Assembly (NCBI GenBank): GCA_951406725.2 | Contig: OX597830.1 | Coordinates: 17,112,001-17,176,000, forward strand | Length of the DNA: 64,000 bases | Direction: 5' to 3' | From: Octopus vulgaris | Taxonomy: Eukaryota | In this document: positions 38,691 to 52,102 of the stretch, piece after piece | Layout of the letters: every line of letters starts with the position of its first letter | Numbering within the stretch: the first letter of the stretch is position 1 | Translations under genes and position numbers: made by a program | The notes under the pieces: generated by a model | What the model was told of the DNA's origin: nothing | The model's database searches: none | Seen by the model: the letters and a program-made list of their open reading frames with translations, nothing else

Positions 38691-39092
38691 TATATATATA
38701 TTTCACTTAGGGATTGCGAGACTAATAACTTGGTATAGAATTCAATATACTTATACTTAAGAACAAAGTGTTAGTTGAGTACAGAGCAGTAATAAAAATT
38801 AAAAAATGCGATGAACTTCATTAGCTTACAGCTGTTTCTGCTATAAGATATAGAAAACTCACAGTTGTCAACTATGAGTCCATTGCATCTCATTTTCTTT
38901 TAATATATATATATCAAAATCAAATTTGATGACTGGCATCCGTGCTAGTGGGGTGCAAAGAACACCATACGAGGGTGATCGTTGACAGAGCGACTAACCG
39001 GCTTCCATGCCAGTATCACATAAAAGGGCACCATTCGACTGTGATTGTTACCAGCATCGCCTTACTGGCAACGATCACAGTCGAATGGTGCC

Positions 39093-39205
39093 CTTGTCAC
39101 AGATTTTTTGGGTCTGTTTTGACTGCTCTATAGTCTTAGATTTTGATTACAAAGATTTGATAAACAAGACTATAAATCAAAACTGACCCAAAAATCTGTG
39201 ACAAG
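39093..39205. repeat. Small palindromic MITE-like element
   Basis: CTTGTCACAGATTTTTTGGGTCTGTTTTGA ... TCAAAACTGACCCAAAAATCTGTGACAAG. Confidence 0.7.
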
Positions 39206-42200
39206 CTAGAACTCTAACAAGTTTCTTTTTTCCTGATGTCTTAGTAGCGTCTAAGCTGAAGTGAAAACAGCATGGACTTTGTCTTCTTAACTTCTTAAAG
39301 CATTTAAGTAAAATTATACAAAGGTGTCCGACTGACTAAATTAATTCTGTTTATTAATTTATGCAGCTGAGGATAGCCCTGCATTTAAACTGATGTAATG
39401 ATTGCATTGTTCAATTAAATGGAACCGCTTGAAACAGTCATACTGCATCACCTCTGAATAATACTGCACTAGTTTTTTGGTGCTGAAACTTAAGTACCTA
39501 ATTCATCTGAATCTCAATCATCATCATCGTTTAACGTCCATTTTCCATTCTAGCATAGGTTGGACGGTTCAACCAAGGTCTGGGAAGCCAGGAAGCTGCA
39601 CCAGGCTCCAGTTCGATCTGGCAGTGTTTCTACAACTGGATGCCCTTGTTGCATTTTACATGTCACCGGCATGGAAGCCAGTCAAGGTGGCACTGGAATC
39701 GGCCATGTTCGGATGGTGCTTTTTATGTGCCACCAGCACAGGTATCACAACTACAATTTCCATTTGATTTTTATTTGATGCTGATGTACTTGACTCAATA
39801 GGTCTCGTTAAGCACAGAAGGTCACCCTACGATCCAAGGTAAATACAGCAGGCTGTCCTGCAATCCAAGGTACTTTGGATGGGCTGGGGCTGCTATATGA
39901 AGCTGGTGCAGGAAACAGCCATGAACTCACATTTTATATATATATATACATATATATAAACTTGAGATCCTAAAACCAAGGTCCCTCATAATACATAAAA
40001 AGCATCCAGTACACTCTGTAAAGTGGTTGACATCCAGCCATAGGAACGAAGCCAAAACAGACTATGGAACTTGATGCAAACCCCAGCCATGCCAGTTCCT
40101 GTCAAGACATCCAAGCCATACCAGTATGGAAGATGGACCTTAAATGTTGATGATGATGGTGAAATATATATTTAGACATACATATACAAGTCAACAAGCG
40201 AGGTCTCTATCATCATCATGGTTTTAAATTCCTACTTTTCCATGCTTGTATAGGTCAGCCAAGGATACATTGAGACAGAGTTTTTCAACCATCGGACATC
40301 CTTCTTGTTGCTAGCTTCTAACTTGTTTCTAAGTGGAGTAATAATCTCCCAGTCTATTGAGCAACTAATAGCTAGGACATGTTTATTTTTCTGTTTTATG
40401 TGGGGAACTGAAAGAAGCAACATGGTTTAAGTCACCCTTTGTTTACAAAGGTTGCACAACATATCGAGAAGCCCTGATATCCTTTTGTAGTGGACTACAA
40501 GCAAATGACACTGGCAGGGAGCCGTTGTTTAGAAAACAATTAAACATGAGAGAAACACACACTCACGACAGGTTTCCATCAACCAAATCCAGCTTTGGTT
40601 GACCCGGATGATAGAAAATACTTGTCCACACAAAGGTCAACTATGATTTAGTAGACATAAAGTCAAAAGACATTCCATCTATGACCATTCAGTCCAGTGT
40701 ATGTTTTGGCTGCTGCCATTTATAGTAAATAACAATACAGAGGAACTCTTACTGGTTTGCTTCTATGCAGCAGTTCACTCAACTAGAATTAGCAGCCAAA
40801 TCTTGCTCAAACTACTCTACATTAACTGGAAAAGAGAAAACACAAAGAAGTCACTGGATTCTTTGTTCATGCTACACCAACAAAATATGGATCCCACGCA
40901 CTTCCCTCAACTAAATTCCCCTCACAAGGATTTGGCTGACCCAAGGCAATGATAGAAGACTCTTGTTGAAGGGATTAAATCTGAAACTATGCAGTTGTAA
41001 AACAAACCATATATCATCATCATCATCGTTTAACGTCCGCTTTCCATGCTAGCATGGGTTGGACGGTTTGACAGGGGTCTGGCGAACCAGATGGCTACAC
41101 CAGACTCCAATCTGATCTGACAGAGTTTCTACAGCTGGATGCCCTTCCTAATGCCAACCACTCTGAGAGTTAACTGAAAACTGAAACTGGTTTATAGGCT
41201 CAGTTCAAAGAAATATTATTGTCACTCTTATGGTCTTCTTTACATGCCTGCAGCTGAAATGTGTTTCACCACTGAAACAGGAACCTCTGTCCCAATTTAA
41301 CTTTGGGTAAGGCCTCAATTTCATACTGTTCATTTCTGCCAACATCAAAAGAGCTAAGTCGTCCTTGTCCATCTATCAGAGCACAGAAGTCTCCAAAATA
41401 TAACATCCAATACAGCCTGGTGTTTAGCACAAAAACACTGGCGAAAAGAAACTATATTTGTGTTGAACTACAATAGCAGAGATGGGTGGAACATCATCAT
41501 CATTTAACATCCGCTTTCCATGCTAGCATGGGCTGGATGATTTGACTGAGGACTGGCGAACCAGATGGCTGCACCAGGCTCCAATCTTGATCTGGCAGAG
41601 TTTCTACAGCTGGATGCCCTTCCTAACACCAACCACTCCGAGTGTAGTGGGTGCTTTTATGTGCCACTGGCACGGAAGCCAGTCAGCTGCTCTGGCAATG
41701 ATCATGCTCGGATGGTGCTCTTAGCACTCCACTAGCACAGATGCCAGTCATTCAATTTGATGTCTGCAAAACTTCTCTTTAGTCTTGAGTTCATGCCATG
41801 AGATGTTCTACACTCTCATAAAAAACCTAGTGTATGTACATACAATCAAGGTGATCTTGAAGATGTCCCTTCTTCAGAGTCCAAGTTTCCTTAGAGAATG
41901 CTCTCTATACATGCTCTGAAGAAGACCAACGTGTTGACTTGGAAATGTTCAATTGCCAAATGTCAAGAAATCTTTCTTAATGTCAGCAGCATATAGTCTG
42001 AAGTATCTGAAGTCACCGCCATTCATGTATGGAAACTTGTTGAGCTTTGTGCCAAGTACAGTTGTTAAAACCATAGTGTTTCCAACAACAGTAAGAATCC
42101 TTCAGGAAGACACCCAATTTCTTTTCTCATTGTTATTGCAGTGAACTACTATTGCATGAAACCTCCCAAAAAGCACCCAGTACACACTGTAAAGTGGGTA

Positions 42201-45200
42201 GCATTAGGAAGGGTATCCAGCCACAGAAACCATGCCAAAGCTGATACTGGAGCATGGTAGTTCTTTGTTTGTTCCTTCTCAAGCCATGCCTGGCTCATTA
42301 GGGCCAGTTTCCCAGTTTCTTGGCGTATAGGTTCCCCACCTGGACAGGACGCCGGTCCATCGCAGGTGAGCTGCAAGATGCAGGAGGAAAGAGTGAGATA
42401 AAGTTGTGGCGAAAGAGTCAGCAGAAGTTCACCATTAACTTCTTCCAGAGCCACGTGGAGCTTAGGTGTTTCGCTCATAAACACACATATCGCCCGGTCT
42501 GAGATTCGAACCCGCGATCCCTCGACCGCTGCTCTAACCACTAGGCCATGTGCCTCCACATGGTAGTTCTTGAACCCATTGGATCCAGTCAAATCATCCA
42601 ACACATGCCAGAATGGAACATGGATGATAAATGATAATGATGATTTATATTTCTTAAAGTTTTAACTCCCATCAAGATATAGTGATTATGATATCAGTAG
42701 AGCCTTTATCCCTCTGACCCTGACTCTACTAATGATCTTATTTTCACAGCTCATCAACTATAAAGTATTATAGCTGATTACACTGAACTTGTATGTTTTA
42801 GTAAACCAATGATAGACAAAAGAAAATCAAGTTACACATTAGTTGCTATTTAAGGGGGTCTACCTTAAAACAACCACCTCACTAGATTATACTACAAAGG
42901 CAGTGAAGCAAAGATTCAAAGGATATGATAAAAATTGAATAAAGGCCAACAGATTGATACTTGAAAAAAATATTTCATATTTGTTTTATACACCTAGTTT
43001 TATCACATAAGCATGATTGAGCTAACCTTATAGGAACGGCGACTAAATCTTCCTTAAATCGTACTATGATTTTTAAAACAAAAGGGCATATTGGAGGCAC
43101 AGTCCTAGGCAAGCTTTTATAAGGTGGGAAGGTTGTGGTTGCAATGCCTTTCGATCGGGCTCACCTTGGGACAACAACAACACAAGGGTGATGGGGCTAA
43201 GTATCTGGTTCATCTATGTGATTAACCAAACTGACAACAGAAGAATTTGAACGAGTCAACGAGAACTGCTACAAACAGTGAGCAGATGGCGCTACCTTAC
43301 CTACTGTCTACAGATAGGTAGGTGTAAGGGAGTATTGATAGCTAAGTGTATCTGTCCATAAACACACACAAAAGGTGCCATGTGAAGAGTACAAATGGTC
43401 ACTTCGGTCAGCTGTTATATTTTCACTTGTCAAGACTATATATATGACCACGGTTTTGTATATTTTCCTGGAAAAAAAAATATCTTTCAACTATTTGGGT
43501 ATTCATTTCATGTGTCTTATATGTTTCTAACTTAATGCCGAAAAGTAGTAATGAAAAAAAAAAAAGGTGCCAAGAGAGGGGTTAAAGGTGTTTGGTCAAG
43601 ATGTGACGAAGGGTCAGCTTGTAAAATAAAGCGATTTTCAAATTTCCGTTGAAAGTTATCTGCCCTTGGCAGCCATGACTTTTTTCGGTAAACAAACAAA
43701 AACATTTTTTTAAGTGACTCGGATAATATTGACAATGGTAACCATCTTTCCAAAAAAAAGCTAACAAAAACAAACAAAATCTAATGAAATAAAGAAAAAA
43801 ACATTTTGTTTTCTTCTTTCGCTGTTTCACATCCCTCCCCACCACTCTGGTCCACGTTTACATGAGTGGGAGGGGTTATTTGCTGTAACAAAGGTTTCCT
43901 AAAAGCTGGATGGATGCCCTTCCTACAATCACAATACAAATGGACCAACGAGAAAGTCCTCTACGCGGTTGTTCGACCCGCTACAAATAACAATAAAATC
44001 AGGGTACCATCTTGAGAAAAGGAGTGAGCATACATAGAATTAATGTAGTTCCACATACACAATGCCAGAGAAAATGATGGGATGGTCGTAGATGGAATAG
44101 CTTTTGATAAAGGGCTGCTCGATGAGAACTAAACAACAACCTCACATTAAGACTTTTTTCTTTTTTTTTTTTTGAAAGAATTTAATTTGTTCTAGAAGCA
44201 AAAAACATTTCCGCACGGAAAAGAAAAGTCTCCAGCGGTAGTGCAATATACGACCAGGATAAATGGCTGCAACTTTTTTTAGAAAAAGGAGTTCTGAACG
44301 ACATGAAATCATTTGGTAGACATTCATACGACAACTATGAACCTTTTTTGGAACCTCACTCGAAAAACGACATCGAGGTCCGAACAACAAGAGAACAGAA
44401 GGACCCCAAAGCGACAAGCTCGATGGTGGGGAGGGGGGTCTTAGAGAAACGAAGAGGGAAGTAGGTTGAGAACGGAAAGAAAAGTATTAAGGATATGAAG
44501 ACTAATTGTCGAAAACGAACGTCACAAAATCCCGTTGGGAAAATTAAGAAAGAAAAGTTACAACCTCTGCAGTTCCTGTTCTTTTTATGGATATGTTAGT
44601 TAACAACATCACATTATCAAGACACTGACAAAAAAGTACCAATAAATAATATTCTACATTCAATTAATCCAACTATAGACCACTTGCTAAAAATTTAATC
44701 AACCACCAATCGATATATAATAGTTTCAATATCCTGCATTTTACTTTGCATTGTGTGTGTGTGTAACAAAGGTATGAAAATCAACATTGACATTCTTAGA
44801 AATAAAAAACCTAATATAACGAAACCAATTATACGTATATATACAACGAACTAACAAACTTTAAGGCGAAACAATATGCGTAGGAGGAAGAGAGAGAGAG
44901 ATAGAGAGAAAGACTGGAAACGTCAAAGATTCTTGTTTTCCAATTTCGTATGAAATGATACAAATTTGAGAACTTTACTAAATTATTTTCGATAATGCTT
45001 AAACGCTTTACTTTTCTTGGAAGCTAATTTGTATTTAAAAAAAAAAAAATGCCTGATGACAGTGCGACCCAGTTTAAATTCCAGGGTTGCAGTAAATTCC
45101 ACAACCCTTCTTCTAATCGTTTAATGCATCTAAGAAAGGCATTAACGTCACACATACACATTCTCTTCCTCCTCGTAACAATTAGAGAGACATTTTCGCA

Positions 45201-45690
45201 AAATTTCGCTTTAGGTTTGGTTTCGTTTCGTAATTGACTCGTAAAAGAAAAACCGTCTTAAATGGTATATATCCCTTTTCTTCCCCCCCCCTCTCTCTCT
45301 AATAAATAAAAACCCCCGATGTTTCGTGTCTATATAATAAATAAAAGCAAAACAATCGAGGGAGCCTCTACGTGGTCTCTCGAGCAGCTAGACTTAGCAG
45401 CCAAATCTCCCTCAAATCATATTTTAGAAAAGAAAAAAAAAAGAGAGAGAGATGTCGCACAATGTAAGTCCTAGATGCACTATTTGTGAAGAAGTGTGAT
45501 TACGACAAGAACATTGTCTTGAACAAGTCTGCAAAGCCACAGCTGACTTAGGTATATTATAGGAGACGGTCCGAAAAAAAAAAAGTCACCGAGCCGAGTA
45601 GAGGTGAGTGACCGTTCTAAGTTCAAATTCAATTTCAGACAACTTTGACTTAAATATCCCCCCGTACATCGAAAAGCTCCCAGCCAGAAA

Positions 45691-45725
<35 letters not shown>

Positions 45726-46285
45726 TTTACATTTATACGTCATTGATGCCCTTGAGAACGGCATGAATATCACATAATCCCTTTAAATCTAATAGATAAG
45801 TAAGCAAAAACAAAAATCTGCTCGGGAAAATTCGTGGTTTTACTGTGGGGGGGATTCTTTAAAGTGTGAGATGTTGTGATGCTCATGCATTTATTCTTAG
45901 GACGTTAACGAGAGGAGCGTTCGAACAGCACGTTTCTTGGGGGTATTACACGTTTTTATTTGGGGGGGGGGGGGCGATTTTCACTCGTAAATAGAAAAAA
46001 TCAAGAGGAATATATATTAAAGAGAGAAGTACAAGATCTTTCCGTATTAATTACAGATGAGGTTTTTGTTTTTGTACATACTACACACAAACTCACTGTT
46101 TACGTATGTAGCGATCAATCAATCATACACGCCAATATATACATATATATTTGTGTATATATATATATTATATACATACATACATAGGTAATAATTAGCC
46201 CAAGGGGAAGGGGAAAAAAAACAAAAGGAGAGGAATAATTTTTTTTTTTTTTTTTTTTTTGGTAAAGTAAGAGATATAAACATAC

Positions 46286-46297
46286 CTGAGTAGTCAT
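46286..46297 (-). CDS. MLLT1/MLLT3: ENL/AF9-family gene, coding exon 1 (MTTQ)
   Basis: Minus strand reads GCAACC-ATG-ACT-ACT-CAG|GTATGT: good Kozak context and a phase-0 GT donor, next to a CpG-rich promoter-like region. Matches the 4-codon first coding exon I recall for human ENL (MDNQ) and AF9 (MASS), and joins exon 2 in frame. Confidence 0.75.
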
Positions 46298-46429
46298 GGT
46301 TGCTGAAGAGGTGTCTTATTTTATAATGTATATGTATAAATAGCTATATATTTAAATATCACAGTAAAAATAATTTTCGTTGTCGTTGAGTCGATTTGAT
46401 CCTGGCAGTATCCATCTGCCTCACCAATT

Positions 46430-46530
46430 TGGGTGTCGTGCTTCCTGCAAAAACAAACGACTGAGGGCGCCGTCTAACGGTAGCGGATGTGACGTCAGCT
46501 AGACCATAAACACTCACTTTCAAAGTAGAT
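46430..46530 (-). promoter_or_regulatory. Probable promoter of the ENL/AF9 gene (CRE / ETS-CRE-like and CTCF-like motifs)
   Basis: CpG-rich patch ~150-230 bp upstream of the ATG. Perfect CRE TGACGTCA at 46490-46497 within GCGGATGTGACGTCA; CTCF-like CCGTTAGACGGCGC on the minus strand at 46467-46480. Confidence 0.6.
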
Positions 46531-46537
46531 AGATACA

Positions 46538-46566
46538 GAGTTAGGTTACGTAGAGAGCGAGAGCGG

Positions 46567-46597
<31 letters not shown>

Positions 46598-47440
46598 GAT
46601 GGAGAGAGAGAGAGAGAGAGAAATGATGGAGAGAGAGAGAGAGAGGAAGAGGGAGGGGGATAGGGAAAAGACGAATAGAGAGAGAGAAGGAGAGTTAGGT
46701 TACGTAGAGAGCGAGAGAGAGAGAAATGATGGATAGAGAGAGAGGAAAAGGGAGGGGATAGAGAAAAGACGAATAGAAAGAGAGAAGGATAGGTGCAAAG
46801 GAAAAGAGAGAGGGGATAGGGAAAAGACGAATAGAGAGAGAGAAGGAGAGTTAGGTTACGTAGAGAGCGAGAGAGAGAGAGAGAGAGAAATGATGGATAG
46901 AGAGAGAGGAAAAGGGAGGGGATAGAGAAAAGACGAATAGAAAGAGAGGATAGGTGCAAAGGAAAAGAGAGAGGGGATAGGGAAAAGACGAATAGAGAGA
47001 GAGAAGGAGAGTTAGGTTACGTAGAGAGCGAGAGAGAGAGAGAGAGGAAAAGGGAGGGGATAGGGATAGAGAAAAGACGAATAGAAAGAGAGAAGGATAG
47101 GTGCAAAGGAAAAGAGAGAGGGGATAGGGAAAAGACGAATAGAGAGAGAGAAGGAGAGTTAGGTTACGTAGAGAGCGAGAGAGAGAGAGAAATGATGGAT
47201 AGAGAGAGAGGAAAAGGGAGGGGATAGGGATAGAGAAAAGACGAATAGAAAGAGAGAAGGATAGGTGCAAAGGAAAAGAGAGAGGGGATAGGGAAAAGAC
47301 GAATAGAGAGAGAGAAGGATAGATGCAAAGGAAAAGAGAGGGGGGATAGGGAAAAGACAAATAGAGAGAGAGAAGGATAGGTGCAAAGGAAAAGAGAGAG
47401 GGGATAGAGAAAAGGCAAAGAGATAAAGATAGAGGGAGAG
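46538..47440. repeat. GA-rich minisatellite, five ~155-bp units plus degenerate subunits
   Basis: Anchor TTAGGTTACGTAGAGAGCGAGA at 46541, 46695, 46851, 47012 and 47159 (spacing 154/156/161/147). Shared subunits GGGATAGGGAAAAGACGAATAG and GGATAGGTGCAAAGGAAAAG. Confidence 0.9.
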
Positions 47441-48320
47441 ATAGAGAAGAGAAAGGGAGCGATTGGAGGAAGAAAAAGAGAGAGATAAATAGGGATAGAA
47501 TGAGAAAGAGAGAGATAGATATGAATAGAAAGAGAGAGAGAGAGATAGAAAGAGAAAGAGAGATAGGAATAGAAAGAGAGAGGGAGATAGGAATAGAAAG
47601 AGAGAGATAGATAGGAATAGAAAGAGAGAGGAAGTAAGATGAGAAAGAGGGAAAGATTAGGAAACGAAAGATTTTGGAGTTGAACTTGCTTGACAATAAA
47701 AAAGAAGAGAGAAAGAGAAAAATGGTGGAGAACAAGTATTGTGTGGAAGTAGGAAGGAAAATATGAAATAAAAGAAATAACGAGAAAGTAGATTAAAGAG
47801 AGAGGGAGGGAGGGAGAAAGAGAAAATAAAATAGGGACAGATGAGAACAACTCTATATGAAAGGGAGGGAGAGAGAGAGAGACGGAGGAGAAAACAAGGG
47901 GAGAATGTACAATAGAAAAAGGTGTGAAAGAGAGAGAGATCAACAGAGATAGAACATAGAAAGAAGAAATAAAGAAAAAGAGAGAGGGAGAAGAGAAAAA
48001 GTAAAGTTGGTAAAGGGAGTGAGAATGTGAAAAGAGCTAGAATGAAGAACGAGAGGGGAAGATTTAGAAATACAGAGAAAGAAAGATATTGTCAAAGGGA
48101 AGACGGAAAGATAGAAAAATCACCAAAAAGATTGAGAAGATAAAAACGAAGAGAGTAAAAGAGAAGAGGAACAGGTGATAGAGACGAAAGGAATAAGGCA
48201 TAGAGAGAAAGAAAAATTAGTAGGCAAGGAGGACGAATACCGTAAAATATGAAAGGAAAAAAAAGACAAAACAAAAAATAGTTAGAAAGTGAAACAGTGG
48301 AAGGAAGGAAAATTTATATA
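47440..48320. repeat. Low-complexity purine-rich (GA/AAG) tract
   Basis: Plus strand is strongly A/G-biased; continuous with the minisatellite. Confidence 0.85.
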
Positions 48321-51300
48321 TAACCTATAGAAAAGATTGGCAGTTTGATAAGCACGCTTTTGTTTTCTGTGTTGATTTTGATGTTACTTAGTTTCAGGTC
48401 AACTCTTATCTTATAGTAGAATTCCATTCGCATCTAGGATGCCTTACAAGAAAATATTGTCCGTTTGTGGTATCCTTCTGCCACCCGACTCAATTTGACT
48501 CCCTAATTACCAGATCTGGTTGCGCAGTTGTTATAAATACGAACTGCATTTTGTCGTTGGTTCTATGTGCTGTTTGAACTTTATTTACAAATACCATGAA
48601 ACTATGTTTTATATGCGTCACTATTTACACCGCGCCTTAAGATACCAGTTCTGATGTTATACAAATTTAACGTATTTTGCATGGTCTCGATCAGTGCGGT
48701 CAGCAAAATTTTGCACCAACGTGCTTATATCTGGACCTTGACATGCCCATTTAAATGTCTTTCTGCGTATTGATTCCTGGTCAATGATGTTTGTTTTTGT
48801 GTGTGTGTGTGTGTGTGTAAGAGTTCCATGCAGGGTTAGCATATTTCACAGCAAGTCTAAAAATGGTTTTATATGTCAAGGTTTTGTTATGGACTTCGTG
48901 AACGTGTAAGATTTTGTTGGATTTCATATTATCTGGGTAACGTGCAAGTCAAAACTTGGGTAGTTAAGCCACAGGTCAACCATGTGTAAGACCCATTCAG
49001 CATTGATCGTGGTTTTTTTTTTTTTTTTTGTATATCTGGAACTACATTGATCATGAGTAGTCTTTTTTTTATTAAAATAGTGATTTAAAGAAATTTGGTT
49101 CCTTTTCCAGCGGATCAAGCGACAGAATGGACGCTTCGTTGGCTTGTCAAAACTTCGGCTGTGAGTGATGGTGATGCCAAATATTTAAATTGGCTAACGC
49201 TAAGTGCATATTATTGATTTGAAATGAGTAGCAGTGTAAGCGCGGCGGGGGGGTTCATTGTCATTAGAACCACATATAGGTGGTATTAAATTTTACTTGC
49301 TTACAAGTCCGAATTTCACGATGAAAAGTTTTGCGGCTGGGAATGGAAGCCTAAGTTGACGTTAATTAGTTTGTACAACTGAGCGTCAATTATAAAATGT
49401 CTGAGGAGAGGATTTAGATTAAGTCCTTTACCTCGAATAACAAATCGAATATCAAATAGACCTATGAGTAAAGGTGCTTCAGGCCGTTATCACCTGGTCT
49501 CCGTTAGCCTGCTGAGGCTATAGGACTGCCAGTTCCATCAAAACATACGTATATAAATTCCACTTTTCTCTCCAAAACATAATGTCCCTATTGGTACATT
49601 AAAGTGTCGTTCAATTTTTAAGGTGACAAAATGTGAGTTAGGAGAGATTTGGGGTATTATTTTCTAGCAGGCCGAGAGACCATGTAGACACGGAGGCTTT
49701 GCTGCAGAATTCCTCGGCAAAACAATCTTTTCTGCTACAAGCACAAAGCCTGAAATTTTGGGTAAGGGGCATAGTCGATTACATCGACCCCAGTGTTTTA
49801 CTGGTACTTCTTTCCTTGACCCCCGAGAGGATGAAAGGCAAAGTCGATCTCGGCGAAATTGGAATTCTGAATGTAAATACGGACGAAATGCCACTAAGCA
49901 TTTTGTCCGTTGTGCTAACGATTCTGCCAGCACTCCATCATTCTTGGAAACAATAATAAAAATACGAGATATAAGATCATTTTTTTCAAATTTTGACACA
50001 AGGCCAACAAATTTTAAGTGCTTTACTGGCACTAAATTTTCAACCTCAAAAGGATGTATGATAAAGATGACCTTGGCGCCATTTTAACTGAGAATGTATG
50101 GTATATTAAATAATAAATGTATTACTAGAGTACTCTCTGACTTTATCAAATCTTCAAATCAGGATTTCTTAAAACGTCTTCTCAAAGTTTATCAATTCGT
50201 GATTATCAACAATATATATATAAATGTACAATTATTTTTGGTTTGTATTTGAAATATATTCAAAGTGTACAGTATTATATGTCCACAACAGTCGCTCTTA
50301 CCAATCGGTTTCGCACTAGGGGTTCAATATAGTGTTAGATAACAGTCCGATTATGTAACCCTGCGCTCTTCAGAGATAGCCGTTATAGAATGGGTTTTGT
50401 GTGTGTATGTGCTTGGAATTATATTTTCATTCTTTAAAGAAAATGAAACAATAGCATTTCAAATTTCCAGAAAGTAAAACAGTACAATACTAATACTTTC
50501 ATTGTTGAATAAAGATTTTTAAGGTGGAGAGCTGGTAGAAGTTACAGCGCCGGACAAAATGCATAGAGGCATTTCTTCCGACTTTGCGTTCTGAGTTCAA
50601 ATTCCGCTGAGGTCGACTTTGCCTTTCATCTTACGAGGTCGATAAAATAAGTACCAGTTCTGCACTAGAGTCGATGTAATCGACCAACACTCTGCCCCAT
50701 AATTTCAGGTTTTTTGCCTATAGTAGAAAATTATTGATTAAAAATTTCTTTCACTATTTCGCCAGACTAGTTGCGACGGTGCCTGACCTAATGACTAAGA
50801 TATTGGGATCATGAATATAAGGTCGTGGCTTCGACTCTTGGATTAGGTAATGCACCTTGAGAAAGGCATATCATTTCACATTGTTCCAGTCTAAACCAGT
50901 TGAAAATGACCACCAGTTTACTGCTGGTGCAGCCGTCTCTCTCTTTCCAGCAGTCATACCCTCGATGTTTCGCTGGGTCACGGTTGTTTACGTCTCTGCG
51001 CTACTAATTGACGAAAGCATTGTACAAGCTACCAGGTCCTGCTTACGAGTGACATCAAGCTGTTTATGGTGGTGAATTTTCTGAAATGTTAGAACGTCAG
51101 GAAAATGCTTTACAGTATTTCTTCCGGCTCTTTGTTATAAACTGAAATAACGCTGAGGCCAACTTCACCTTTCACCCGTCCGAGATCAATAAAATGAAAT
51201 ACCAGAGCCAATGGTACTGATTATACCCCTCTCCTAAAAGAATTTCTGGCTTTGTGCCAAAGTTAGAAATCATTATTTTTCTAAACCAGTGTATTGATAG

Positions 51301-52102
51301 AATAGCTAGAGCATCGTAGAATCTGCCTTGTGGAATTTAGTTCCGGCTTTTTCCATTCCGATTTCTAAAGCTAACTTATATATAACTTTATCTTTCACTT
51401 TAATTTCAAGGAAGTGAAACAATTTCATTATATAAATCCTTTATCAGGACCATAGAATTATTTTCAAATGGTTTTTACTTTTGTCACACAGTCTCTTTTC
51501 TCCGGTTTCCTCTTAATTAAGATGCCTATATTTCAATCCATAATTAAAATACGGAAGCTTTTCTTGTCTATTTTATGACATTCTATTGTTAAGTATATTG
51601 ATGTCGATATTTTGGGCTTTTTTTATACGTATTTTGTATCATAGTTAATGATTGTCTTGTTAATTTGTTGGCAATTCATCCTCCATTTCCTTTTTCGTAT
51701 ATGACAATTTGTTATTGTTGATGTTTGAGATGGAATAGAAAGGCGATTTATCACGAAATTCGAAATAATTTACATTATTTTACTTCGTAAAATAGATAAA
51801 AACCGAAAGTAAAAGGAGGCCGCATTGACGGGAGTGACAAAAAAAAAAAAAAAGGCTTGATAAAAGAGACATATGAGATTTTACGGTGCTTCACGAAAGG
51901 GAGTCGGATGTTGTAAACTTAACCCAGAATTCTGGTCTTGTGCTTCTGTAAGAAATTATTGCTTTGCTGAGATCTTTGAGCACAAAACCCACAACTTTTT
52001 TCAGAGAGAATTGTAAGTCGATTGAGTTGACTGATTATTGTATCAGTTTTGGAAGGCAAAGTTGACCACGGCAGCATTTGAAATCAGAACATAAAAGGAC
52101 AA

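Noticed and set aside
46546-47943. Long S/L/F-rich minus-strand ORFs (137-294 aa)
   Set aside because: Stop-free translations of the CT-rich strand of the minisatellite.
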